From Chrysomallon squamiferum (taxonomy: Eukaryota > Animalia > Mollusca): a stretch of 64,000 nt of DNA. A program made the translations under genes and the position numbers. Shown here one piece after another: positions 51,445 through 64,000 of the stretch (the first letter of the stretch is position 1; each line of letters starts with the position of its first letter). The stretch covers positions 5,704,001-5,768,000 of the forward strand of contig CM022668.1 in NCBI GenBank assembly GCA_012295275.1. Direction: 5' to 3'. A model generated the notes under the pieces. The model did no database searches. It saw only the letters and a list, made by a program, of their open reading frames with translations, and was not told the DNA's origin.

Positions 51445-52800
51445 CTACATTTTAAAATCTTTTTGGTTGTCTGTAACTTAATGTGTGCGTTTGGTGATAG
51501 GAACTAATTCAATAAAAACATAATGCATACATCTGTGTAAACATTACATGTGTCCCTCCATAAACCATTTTAATTATCATTAAATTAATATGCACCTTTT
51601 GTAATTCGAGCAGATGATATATATATACAGAGCACCAGTTATACTGTTTTGTTGTTAACATTAACTTTACAGGTAAGAATAAATAACCATGTATGTGGTT
51701 CATGTCAGAGTTTTAGTTAATTGGCAAACGATACTGAGCAGACTTTGAGTCCACCCTGAAAAAAAAAGAGCGGCGTGTTTCAAGGGAAGCGATGAGTACT
51801 CTGAGTTATGGAGCAGCCTTTGCTAACTTGTGTCGTCTGCCGGACGATTGCTGGTGAATGGGTTCCATACGTTCGAGTCTCGTCAGAGGCATCTGACGGG
51901 TTTGTGACGTCGTGATTGGACTTTGTCCTCCTGCGCCAGTGCGTTCCCGAATATTGTCTGTGTGAAGAGAATATTCAAATCCTAAAATATACACGAAAAT
52001 ACATGTGAAGATATATTAATATATAATGCGCATTGTTCGTGTTTATGCTATTATTATTATAGTATTACTTGCATTTGTTTGTTTGTTTATATTATTATTA
52101 TTATTATTTTTATTTATTTATTTATTAATTTATTTATAATTTTATGAAAATGTTAAAAATGTTTTTATTTTTATTTTTTATCGTTTATTTTTTTTTTTAT
52201 TATTTTTTTTTTTACATTATTTTTATTTCATCTAAAACTCTTAGCGCTGGATTCTGTAAACATTACACAAACGCTTACATAATGTATGACGTCATAGACC
52301 AAATATTAAATACCAAAAGTAAAATTCAGAAATCTTTTGATCACAGCAGCATCAGACAAAAGGCTCCAGATAAAGTCAAAAACAGAAGTAATTAAAAATA
52401 GTCTAAAGTAAGTGACGTTTTTCTCGTTAATACAGAATGATAAGATGAATACGTTCCTGGTGTCTCTTCTACTGACAGTTTGTTGTTTGAAGATGACAAG
52501 AGTCGGTGAGTAGTATTTCTTGTGTTGTCCAGTTTCTGAAATGTGACAAGTGTTTTGGGTTCAGTTTTGGTGTGTGGACAGGATGAAATAAAATGATTGA
52601 GCTGTTCCAAGAGACGTCTGAATCTATTTTACTGAAATCTACAGTAAGTGAAAATGAAGAAACTGAGGATCTGTGTTTTGTGTGTGTGTGTTTCTTCAGT
52701 TTTTACTTTAACGTTTAATTGATGGTTTAAGATTTAAAAAACGCATTGTTATTATTTAAGAACTTTTTTTTTTTTTTTTTATTTATCAGTTCTGTTTTTC

Positions 52801-52932
<132 letters not shown>

Positions 52933-53327
52933 GAGAGAGAGAGAGACAACGAAATCAATAGAGAAAACCTAGTACTGCGGTGAGGTGACAAATAAAAAAG
53001 TTAAAATCACATTGTTTTGGTTTTATTTAAGATTGCAGGACAAAAGAAATAACTGGTTACTGTTTTATGATATTAGTTTAACCTGCTCAGGTCGAATGGC
53101 CAAAATTGTTTCCAAATGTTATAATCTAATCCAGGTTTTTGACGTTTAACACGCGAAAGAATATAATTTTCGCTAAACCTTGAAGAACTCTAAAACAAAT
53201 AATTAGTAAACACATTATTTACATTGTGATTTGCAAGGAAAGTGTACGCAATAAGCTTCAAAAGACTGAGTGTCTTGGGTGAGAGATTTTGTATGTGTGT
53301 GTTTCACACTGTCTCGTTCACTTGCTT

Positions 53328-53923
<596 letters not shown>

Positions 53924-54316
53924 ATCCTGAAACAACAGAACTGAAAAAAGATAACATTAAACAAATCTGCTATACATATTCAAACATTGTCGGAATAAAG
54001 ACGATTTAACACTGCACTGACAGCTTGTATTCAACTTTTATTGATTACAACTGCTCCGTCCCAAAAAAACTTTTCTCTTCCAACCTGCTACCTGGAAAAT
54101 CTATAATTCTGAACTATGTCAGCGTCAGCGTTACGTTTGTTACAATGACAGCTTACACGACAACAACGAACGACCAGATTTTAAATGTTTTGACCGTTTG
54201 AGTAGTACATGTAAATCTATATATGGATATATATATGAGACTAAATATTTCAGCCTTAATCACTAGATCCCGAATTGTCTAATTTATTTATTTAGTTAGT
54301 TAGGTGGTTTATAATA

Positions 54317-54364
<48 letters not shown>

Positions 54365-55217
54365 TACTTTAGTTTCTTTTAGCTCAAAAGCTGTGTTCTG
54401 TTATTAAAACATTCAGATTCTGTGCCCTTCATTTTCTTTGCTAACTTTTATAAGTATATAAATAATCGAATATGGCAAATTATCCTTTCATTAATAAATT
54501 TATTTATTTATTTTATTTGTTTGTTTTTTATTTATTTATGTGTTTGTCATAATTATTTATTAATTTGTTTTATTTATTTGTTTATTTATTTATTTAATTT
54601 ATTTATTCATAGCAGACACAATGGAACTGTAATTAACCTAAAAAAAAAATAAAAAAAATAAAAAAATTATTATTAGTAAACAAAAAAAAATTAAAACAGG
54701 CAACAACAAAAAAAATAAGAAACAAATATTAAATTTTAAAATTTCGAAATTTTATTCACTTATATAAACGCAAAAAGCAAAGTGACAGAAGAAACACTGA
54801 AATATATAAACTGTATTTAGACTGTAAACTAGACATGCAGCAATGTTTAAATCCACAAATGCACAAAATATTATAAACCTTTTTGTTCGCGTCTTCAGAG
54901 TTATATTTTAAAAAGAAACAAATATATAATAAACTGCTAATATCCACAAAACATTTTGACGGTTAATGAACCTTAGCAAATGATCAGATTACAGAATTTG
55001 AGGTCAGTTTTAAATTGTCGGTGATGTAATGCTTATGACAAATTACATGGTATTTTAATAAGATTTTTAAATTTTAAATTTTTTAATTTTTTTTTTTCCT
55101 TCCTAGTTTTCAGCCTTTTTAAAGTCTATTCTAATTAAATATTCATAACGACTGGCAGGACATCAATCATTATTAGCAATCTAAAAATAGATCAGCGCGC
55201 GAAAGAGATGAATTTTC

Positions 55218-55248
<31 letters not shown>

Positions 55249-55419
55249 GGTTATAATTTAAACGCAGCGAAAAATATTAGATTAACGATGGTTGTTTTTG
55301 TGGGATTTTTCCTTCTATTTTACGTTTGAGTTGTCAGCAAGCTATCGAAAACTAAATAAAGAATAACTAACTTAATTAATTAATTAAATAATTAATTAAA
55401 TAATTAATAAATGATGATG

Positions 55420-55467
<48 letters not shown>

Positions 55468-55908
55468 TGAAGCATTAGTGAATGGATGAATAAATACATT
55501 AAAAAGTATTTAAAAAAATAATAAAATAAAATGAAATAAAATAAAATAGCAAACAAAAGAAAACAACAATAACAACAACAACAACAACAACAACAACAGA
55601 CATGGACATCATTTTATCTTTTTTCAAATCAACAAGAAATAAATGATAGGTTTTATTACGTTAATTATATATGTGCTATAATTGTTACCTTTATTTGTTT
55701 AGAGATTACTTAACCCACCCAAATTCGCCCACGAAAAAAAGAACACAAAAACTGCAATAGACAAAAACACATTTTGAAAAGAACGAGAACAGTTTTGTAA
55801 ATTTTATAACTGTTAGTCATGACGTGAATTAACATATTTTCAGTCGCTATTTATTTGTCTGATTTATGTGTAATTATGCTCATCATAATACCGTACCCAT
55901 CCCGTCAA

Positions 55909-55974
<66 letters not shown>

Positions 55975-56114
55975 AAATAAAGTAACGAACTGCATATATT
56001 CTAAAGCAGACGACAAACGAAAAAAAAAACATTCGTTAAAAATATTTACTAAAGCTACTGAATTTCCTTCTCTTTTTTTCGCTTTTTCTCCCCTCAGTGC
56101 TATTACACTTATAA

Positions 56115-56856
56115 CTACGAAGCAGCCGGTTTGGCTGGTATGTGTGTGTATATTTGTGTACCTGCCGCAACTATGACGCGCAGTGCATGTCGGGACGGAC
56201 TAGCCTGACCTGCATAACACTGTAAGTTGTTAAACAGAGCCGGGCCCTGTGTTATGGATACAGTAGCAGACGACTGAAACGGTTGTTTTATTTTTTTTCT
56301 AATTTTTTGGCCGGCGCGCACACTCGACTGTCGTCTTTTCCATCTCGCGCTGGGCTTGCACTTTGTTTCCACGTCTGTTTCGTTATTGTTTGTTGTAGTC
56401 CCGACCTAGTTTTGCCAGGAATACCTCGGCCGAGCCTAACTCTCTCTCTCTCTCTGTTTCTCTACCTGCTGACAACAACCGACTCTGTTTATTGTCGGAA
56501 ATAGCTACGTACATCTAAGGAGTGTTGCACAGTCTATGTCGTGAAAAGTCGTAGGAGTTTTCGGTGTCATCGTTGGCGGTGTGTGCAAACGCCAGCAGCG
56601 GCATTGTTTCTCTTGGCAGGGATCAGTAAGGAAGCTCGGAGACTTTTCTCGCAGAGCTGCTTCTGTGATTACAACGATTTTTCTTTTGTGTTTAGTTTTG
56701 TTTTGTTTTGTTGTTCGTTTCTGTTCTCGATTTTGGATTTGTTGTTCTGTTTTACTTATGTCGTGATTGTGTTCGCTTGTTTGGTTGTATGGAAAACCAA
56801 AAATTAAATGATTAAAGGCTAAAATAATTAAAAAAAAAAAAAGAAAAAAAAAAGAA
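56115..56856 (+). promoter_or_regulatory. CpG-rich promoter/5' UTR of the neurexin-like gene
   Basis: Local GC and CpG enrichment (e.g. GGCCGGCGCGCACACTCG) directly upstream of the ATG in an otherwise AT-rich background. Confidence 0.45.
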
Positions 56857-57592
56857 ATGGATGCGAAGGAGACTTTGCTTTTTACTCTTGTCGTCGTCGT
56901 CGTTGTGTGCGTTACGTACGTCGAACCGATCACGTTTCTCGGGAGATCGACGACGTACGCGAGGTTCCCCAAATGGAACGCCTGCATCAACTCGTCGCTC
57001 AGTTTCGAGTTCAAGACGGCGTCGAAGGACAAACAGCTCCTGATGTACACCGACGACAACGGCCGCTACGACTTCTTCCAGCTGGCCCTGGTCTCGGGCC
57101 AGGTTCAGCTGTGGATGAACCTGGCGGACGAGCAGGAGGGGATGGTGCAGCTGACGGTGGGGGAGGCGCTGAACGACGGACGCTGGCACCAGGTGAAAGT
57201 CCGCCGCAACCGCATGAACACCACCCTCTTCGTCGACAGCTACCAGAGCAGCATCATGTCGTTCGGGCAGGACTTCCAGTTCGGCGACATCTACGAGAAC
57301 AACTACGTCTACTTCGGCGGCATTCCCGGCGGCATCAACACCGTGACGCTGAAAGGATTGGCGCTGCCGTCGTCGAAGCTGCTGAAACAGTTCCACGGAC
57401 AGATAAGGAATATACTCTACTTCAACTGCACGTGCATTCCAGTGAGGGCGGAGGTCATTGACAGCAGGGGCGTGACCCGGACGCCCCGTGAGGCCTGCGA
57501 GTTGAGCAACCCGTGCACGAAGAATTGTCCGTGCATCAGCTTTGACCAGGGTCCTGCTTGCGAGTGCTACAGTACTGACCAGTGTGCTGACG
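56857..57592 (+). CDS. Alpha-neurexin-like gene, first coding exon (signal peptide, laminin G/LNS1, EGF-like); gene continues downstream
   Basis: YARFPKWNACINSSLSFEFKT...LLMYTDDNGRYDFFQL...VGEALNDGRWHQVKVRRN...DFQFG...VYFGGIP...LALPS...FHGQIRN resembles the neurexin LNS1 domain; a Cys-rich EGF follows; donor g|gtaagt at 57593. Confidence 0.82.
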
Positions 57593-57614
57593 GTAAGTCA
57601 ATGTATTTAATAAT

Positions 57615-57661
<47 letters not shown>

Positions 57662-57684
57662 TATTATTATCATCATCAATATAA

Positions 57685-58060
57685 TTGTTTTATTATTATT
57701 CTATTATAATAAGTGCCATAATCATCATCAGTATCATCACCATCAACCCCAACGTTGTTATTTATTATTCTACTATATATGTCAGTGTCATCATCATCAT
57801 CATCATCATCATCACCATCATCAACCCCAACGTTGTTATTTATTATTCTACTATATGTGTCAATGTCATCATCATCATTTTCATCATCATCACCATCATC
57901 AACCCCAATGTTATTGTTTTATTATTATTCTATTATAATTAGTGTCATCATCATGATCATAATCATCATCAGTATCATCATTATCATCATCAACCCCAAC
58001 GTTGTCGTTTAATTATTATTCTCTAATATGTGTCAACATCATCATCATCATCATCATCAT
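57685..58060. repeat. About 75-bp degenerate tandem repeat (CATCAACCCCAACGTTG core with CAT triplets)
   Basis: About 4 copies in the neurexin-like intron. Confidence 0.75.
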
Positions 58061-58389
58061 TATTATTATGTATCTGTTTATATAAAAGAACTGTCTGTAA
58101 TACGTAAACAAAAAAAAAGCCCCCCAAAATAACAACCTTGCTTTGACTCCCCCCGTTGCTACGACCGCCCCTTCATTACTAACGTGTAGATGATAAAGTA
58201 CACGAGTGTGTATGCTGCACAGCACACGTAGCTGAATAAGGAAACGAGCTCAAAGAGTTCATGCAGGTTACTGGCTAAACAATATTTTATTTGATGAATC
58301 ATGTTACATGATGCATTATGTGAGGTGACGAAGCATACAAAGTCATATAGTATCCTAGGTCTTGTGTCTTAATTTCAGATATACTGAGA

Positions 58390-58432
<43 letters not shown>

Positions 58433-58623
58433 GTTACTATCATATTATTATTATTATTACTGTTACTACTATTATTATTATTATTACTATTATTATTATC
58501 ATTATTATTACTATTTTATAATTATTAATGTTATTATTATTATTGTTATTGTTCTGTTGTTGCTATTTTTTGATTATTATATTTATTACTACTACTACTA
58601 TTATTATTAGCTTTATTTCTTAC

Positions 58624-58654
<31 letters not shown>

Positions 58655-59018
58655 TGTTAATTTATTTTATTATTATTATTATTTTATTTTTTTGAAATTT
58701 TTGATATTTTACGACAGTTGTTATAAACAGTTTATCAAAACCAGTTAATTCAGTCAGTTTTTGTCTAACAATTTATCAAAACCAGTTAAAACCAGTTCTC
58801 AGTTTTCAATAGCATGCGTTAATAATTTGCCATTAAATTGAGTCTAGAATTTCGTTTATAATTTATCCTGAAATTTGAATTTTCTACATATTGAATGTAT
58901 TCTTTATTTCCTTCTTTCTTATTTCGTTCATTAATTAATTTATTAATTAAATACAAGCTTTTTATCATATTATTTTATAATATTAAGATTAGAAGATATA
59001 CTTAGGAGAAAGAGAAAG

Positions 59019-59094
<76 letters not shown>

Positions 59095-59266
59095 AGTTTA
59101 ACCTTTTCGTAAATTGTATATTATTTATTAAAGAAACAACATATCTGTAACAATGCATATAACTATCACCATCATCATCATCATCATCATCATCTATCAT
59201 CATCATCATCTTTTCTTCTTTCTGTTCCTTGATTTAACATCTGTGCCCGTCTGCGCACCAGCAAGA

Positions 59267-59301
<35 letters not shown>

Positions 59302-60027
59302 GATTCGCTATTCAACATGCCCTGGTTTCTGTGATACAGGTGTTGATCCGTATATGTGTTTTCTGCTTAATTATCGATTACTTCAGTAATATGGCGGCTG
59401 TTTCTTTCATAATGTTGGATATTCAATAATTCATCCAGTACTCTGTAAAACTTAAAAAGAAGCCGAGTCAAGCAGAACTGTAGAATGAAAAGTGAATTAA
59501 TAAATGCTTCGTAAATCATTATGTCCAAAACGATTGAAATTTATATAAAATAAAAATAATTCGTAAGAATGCTTAAGGTTCAGAAATAAAATTGTTTTAT
59601 TTAATTATACGCTGAATCGACATTTAAAATAGGGTTATTTATATTTATATACATAAAATCTATCCCCAAAAAAAAGAAAAAAAAAAAAAAAAAAAAGAAG
59701 ACAAAATAGAATTGCTTTGAATTACAAACGATTATTCAAACGATTACAGAAAAATATATAGAACGGTATTTTGTTATCTAAATGAATGAATGTATTTGTT
59801 AACAACATTCAAAGCAGACGACAGTAGTCACGTGACATAATCTATTTCCAGTCAAATGGCGATGAATCATCAAGCAATAAAATCGGTCAAAAGAGCGACA
59901 CATTTGATTGAAAGAAAGAGAAAAATATCTCTTCGATTTGTCTCTCTCTCTCTCTCTCTCAAAAATTTCTCCTCCATCTGTCATTCTCTCTCACACTCTT
60001 ACTCTCTCAAAAATTTCTCCTCCATTT

Positions 60028-60107
<80 letters not shown>

Positions 60108-60906
60108 CTTTGTCTTTTTCTTTCTCTCTCGTCCTCTCTATTCATCCTGACACACTTTCTTTCTTTCTCTCACTCCCTCTCTCCCTTTTTTGCAATCATC
60201 TGATTTACCTGGACTCGGTATTGGCTAAGGCAGTAAAATGTACGCCTACACTTTACCTTCAATCCCCTGAAGCAAAAAAAAAAAAAATAAAAAATAAAAA
60301 TAAAAAAATAAAAAATAACAAAAATCTGTACTCAATTCGTAACTCGTTACCTGTCTCACGTGAAGCTAAGAAAGGATTGCCGCCTTTGAAAACCACTGAA
60401 GTCTGACAATATTTTAAAAACTTTGTTATGAACAGTGTCAGCCAAAAGACGCTATGTAGTTGACCCGGTTCTACAGGTTATGTATATGAAGCTGTATATA
60501 TAATCTGATTATATTAATAAATTAAGTGTGTAGTTTGTGCGGTTCTTATTCGTAACGTGCGATTCTTTCTTTGTTTCCATATCCATCTGATGATGATGTT
60601 GATAAAAATAATAATATAGATAACAACAAATAATGATAATCATATTATTATTATTATTATGATTTTTATTGTTAACAACAATAACAAAAGTAACTGCAGC
60701 AAGAACAATAACAACAACTTTGATAATAATAACTTTCACTTTCTTCATTTTTCTCTCTTTTTGACTATCTGTTTGTCTGTCTGTTTCTACCTTGCTTTAT
60801 TTCTGTCAGTGAATGAATCAATGAGTCAGTCTGTCTGTCTATTTGTCTAATATTAGTTTCTAATCAATCTATTAATCTATCTGTCTGTCTCTACATACAT
60901 TATCTA

Positions 60907-61000
<94 letters not shown>

Positions 61001-61618
61001 ACTGTATCTATTAATCTATCTGTCTGTATGTCTGTCTCACTGTCTCACTGTCCATCCTTTTTTCCGTCTGTCCTTCCTTGCTAACTACAACATTTCCCAC
61101 ACTCTGTACTGAATGACGTATGTGCGTCTGTGATTATGTACAATCACCCGTTATTTCTACTTGAGCGTATCCACTTTTATCAGATCATTCATAAGAAATT
61201 TATTGTCAGTATCTACAACTGTCAGTCACCCCGTGAACAAAGAACAGGGGAAAAGTCGAGCAGTAAAATATTCACATTTAGGTGTGTGAGTGTCAGAGTC
61301 TACGTTTTTGTGTTTAACTGTACCTGTTTGTTACCGTTTGTGTTATTTAAATGAAAGTACTGTTAAATTCTGGTGTTTAATCTTTCTTCTTTTATTTTTT
61401 TTTTTTTATCTTTGATTTAGTTAATTTGTTTCTTTTATTTTTTGATTCTTTATATTTTCTTTTAATTTTTTTTTTTTTCTTAAAAACTTTTCTCTCTCTC
61501 TCTGTTTGATCTTTCTTTCGTTCTTTATTTCCTTTTATTCATTCTTTTTTTCTTTTTGTTAATTTGATTTTTTTTTCTAGTTTCTGTTCTTTGTTCTTTT
61601 CTTTTATTGTTCTCTTTT

Positions 61619-61649
<31 letters not shown>

Positions 61650-62831
61650 TTACTAATACTACTGCTGTTATTACTGTTATTATTTTATTATTATTTTTGT
61701 TGCTATGTTTGTTATTATTCGCGTTTTTTTTCTTCTGTTCCATTGTTGTTGTTTTTTCTGTCTTTCTCTTTTCCATCTTTCGCTAACGTAGAAAAAAACA
61801 TTTTCTCAAGAAAATAAATATTCGTATTTTTAGCACAATAGACAAATCATAGTTTTGTCTTTGCTAGAAATCTTGTATCAAGACCCGTTGCTCTTGGCAA
61901 CCATACAAACGTAGAACCTATGTAAGTAACTGTTATCTACAGCACTCATAAACGTCATGCTCAGAATTCTTCCTCCCTGACACATGAGAGGTGGGCAGGG
62001 GACTTAACTACAGCCACAGATCTGTGATGAAAATATTTTCATTAATTTTCTTATAACACAACGAGATAGGTTTTAAAAATTGAAGTGTACTTCAAGTCAT
62101 ACGAATGGATGATCTAAATAAAATTTCCAAGTTATTATTATTATTATTTATTTATTTATTTTTTATTTTTTTGGAGCGATGGTCTATTGTCAGTCAAAAC
62201 AAAGAATTAAAACAAAATAATAAAGTTAAGAAACATTTGAACGCCAACATTTTAATTATTCACTCCTGATGCTGTAACAGATGGACAGACAAATTTACTT
62301 TTTATGATAACGCTTGAAGAAAATTTACACAATATTGGTCAGATTTGTACGCAATGACGTCACAACTACAGAAAAATGCTCTAAACTGTACTCTTTTACG
62401 GTCATACTTAATTATTAATAAAGATTGGACAGCGAAAAATAAAGCATAATTTAGTAATAGGAAGAAATACTGTAAATAAATTCTGCATCATCCATGCTCC
62501 ATAATTAACTTGCAGTCATAAAATAAACTATATTTCTATCGTCACTAGTTTTATTCTTTGTAGTCATTGCTACATCTTGATGCGTTAGAAAAGAAAAATT
62601 TGGTAGCCGTTCCTCGTTCTCTTCATTTCGTGCTGAATCATAAACAGGTTACCACTCACCTTGACTCACTTGATGAGTTCGGCAAACGATTCAGGAATAC
62701 AGTGTATGAGGAGTATTTGGCAGTCGCAGTTTGACTTTCCTCTGTGTCTCACTGTTTGTGTGTGTGCAGTATTAGCTTCATTTCTCTATATTTTCTCTGT
62801 GATTCTGTATGTTTCGCCTCTTCATTTCTGC

Positions 62832-62918
<87 letters not shown>

Positions 62919-63306
62919 TCTCTGCATTCAACTGCCTTTCTCTCACCGTCATCATTATCATCATCTTCATAACGCAGTTCATAAAGCAGTTCAGACGATC
63001 TCTAGACTAACTGATGCTTGTTTTTTCAGTTTTTTATTTACTTTCAAGTTATCATAGATATAACTGTATAGCTGTTTTGTTCTTGCTGTTTGTTGTTGTT
63101 TGTTGGGGGTTCCTCAGGGTATTTTCTTTCTTTCTATTTGTTTTTGTGGTATTTTTTAATATTATAATTACGTCGGTCTTGATTATAAGTAAGGTTATTT
63201 CAGTGATTCTGAACATTTTCCATCCTATTTGCCTACGTCTGTTTCACACTCTCTCTGCTTATCTCTCATCTCTTTTTATCTATCTGTCTGTCTGTTTGTC
63301 TGTCTC

Positions 63307-63409
<103 letters not shown>

Positions 63410-64000
63410 GTCTCTGCATTCAACTGCCTTTCTCTCACCGTCATCATTATCATCATCTTCTTTGTCTTTATTTTTCTTCTTCTGCATTTTTTTTCTTATT
63501 AACCTCAAAGCATCATAAGATTGAACACAATTATAATACTATTATAATCAATATAATTAATATATATATGTATATATTACATAATGTTAAACATAATTAA
63601 TATTTACATAATGTTCAGTGTAATAAAACGCGTATTAATATTAACCATAGCTGTATTCAGATCATGAGGTGTGTTTCAGAACAGCGTTGTTTCACTGTAA
63701 GCAGACAGAAGCGATTCCCACTGCTAGGAATGCCAATAAACAGAACCAGTTTAATGCGTTACACTTGTAATCTTATAGCAGTGAAAGAGAAGCGCATGCT
63801 TTAGATGCCTAGTTACGCAATTATGAAGAGAAGAAGTCGAAAAAAAACGAGAAGAAATTTCGTAGCCACGGGAATTCTTCTTTGTTTGTTTTCTTCAGTC
63901 GTATTTTCTTTCTGTCTTTTTTTCTTTTTCTTTCAGCAACATTCTTTCTCTTTTCTTTGGTTCTTTTGTATTCCTAATTATTAATTTATGTTGTTAAATA

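Noticed and set aside
51852-51880. A-box/B-box-like words (TGGTGAATGG, GTTCGAGTC) suggesting a tRNA or SINE
   Set aside because: Only about 10 nt apart and no cloverleaf can be built.
56505-57461. Overlapping antisense and alternative-frame ORFs of 184-194 aa
   Set aside because: Shadows of the GC3-rich neurexin-like exon.
57593-57684. Poly-Ser tail of the 275-aa ORF
   Set aside because: Intron read-through past the GTAAGT donor into a (CAT)n repeat.

Overview
Very AT-rich, microsatellite-dense animal genomic DNA with GT-AG introns; an invertebrate, probably a mollusc (inference). Almost all ORFs in the supplied track are simple-repeat artefacts, so genes were rebuilt by hand from splice sites and reading-frame phase. 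Five loci: (1) CFAP65/CCDC108 on the minus strand, 42 coding exons from 39355 to 899, with an RFX X-box plus forkhead promoter near 40.3 kb, two apparent slippage frameshifts and one exon that runs into a (TG)n tract; (2) a 3-exon plus-strand gene (40877-42459), only partly visible in the ORF track, encoding a 74-aa secreted peptide with a CX3C-X19-CX3C motif, head-to-head with CFAP65; (3) SLX9/FAM207A on the minus strand, 5 coding exons from 47461 to 43942, with a Mutator-like (MULE) transposon remnant in an intron; (4) an intronless signal peptide/PAN-like/sushi/galectin gene (49939-50909) split by a 1-nt frameshift; (5) the first coding exon of an alpha-neurexin-like gene (56857-57592). A recurring feature is that many CFAP65 intronic minisatellites are tandem copies of the exon/intron junction itself, forming arrays of up to 15 intact decoy splice sites.
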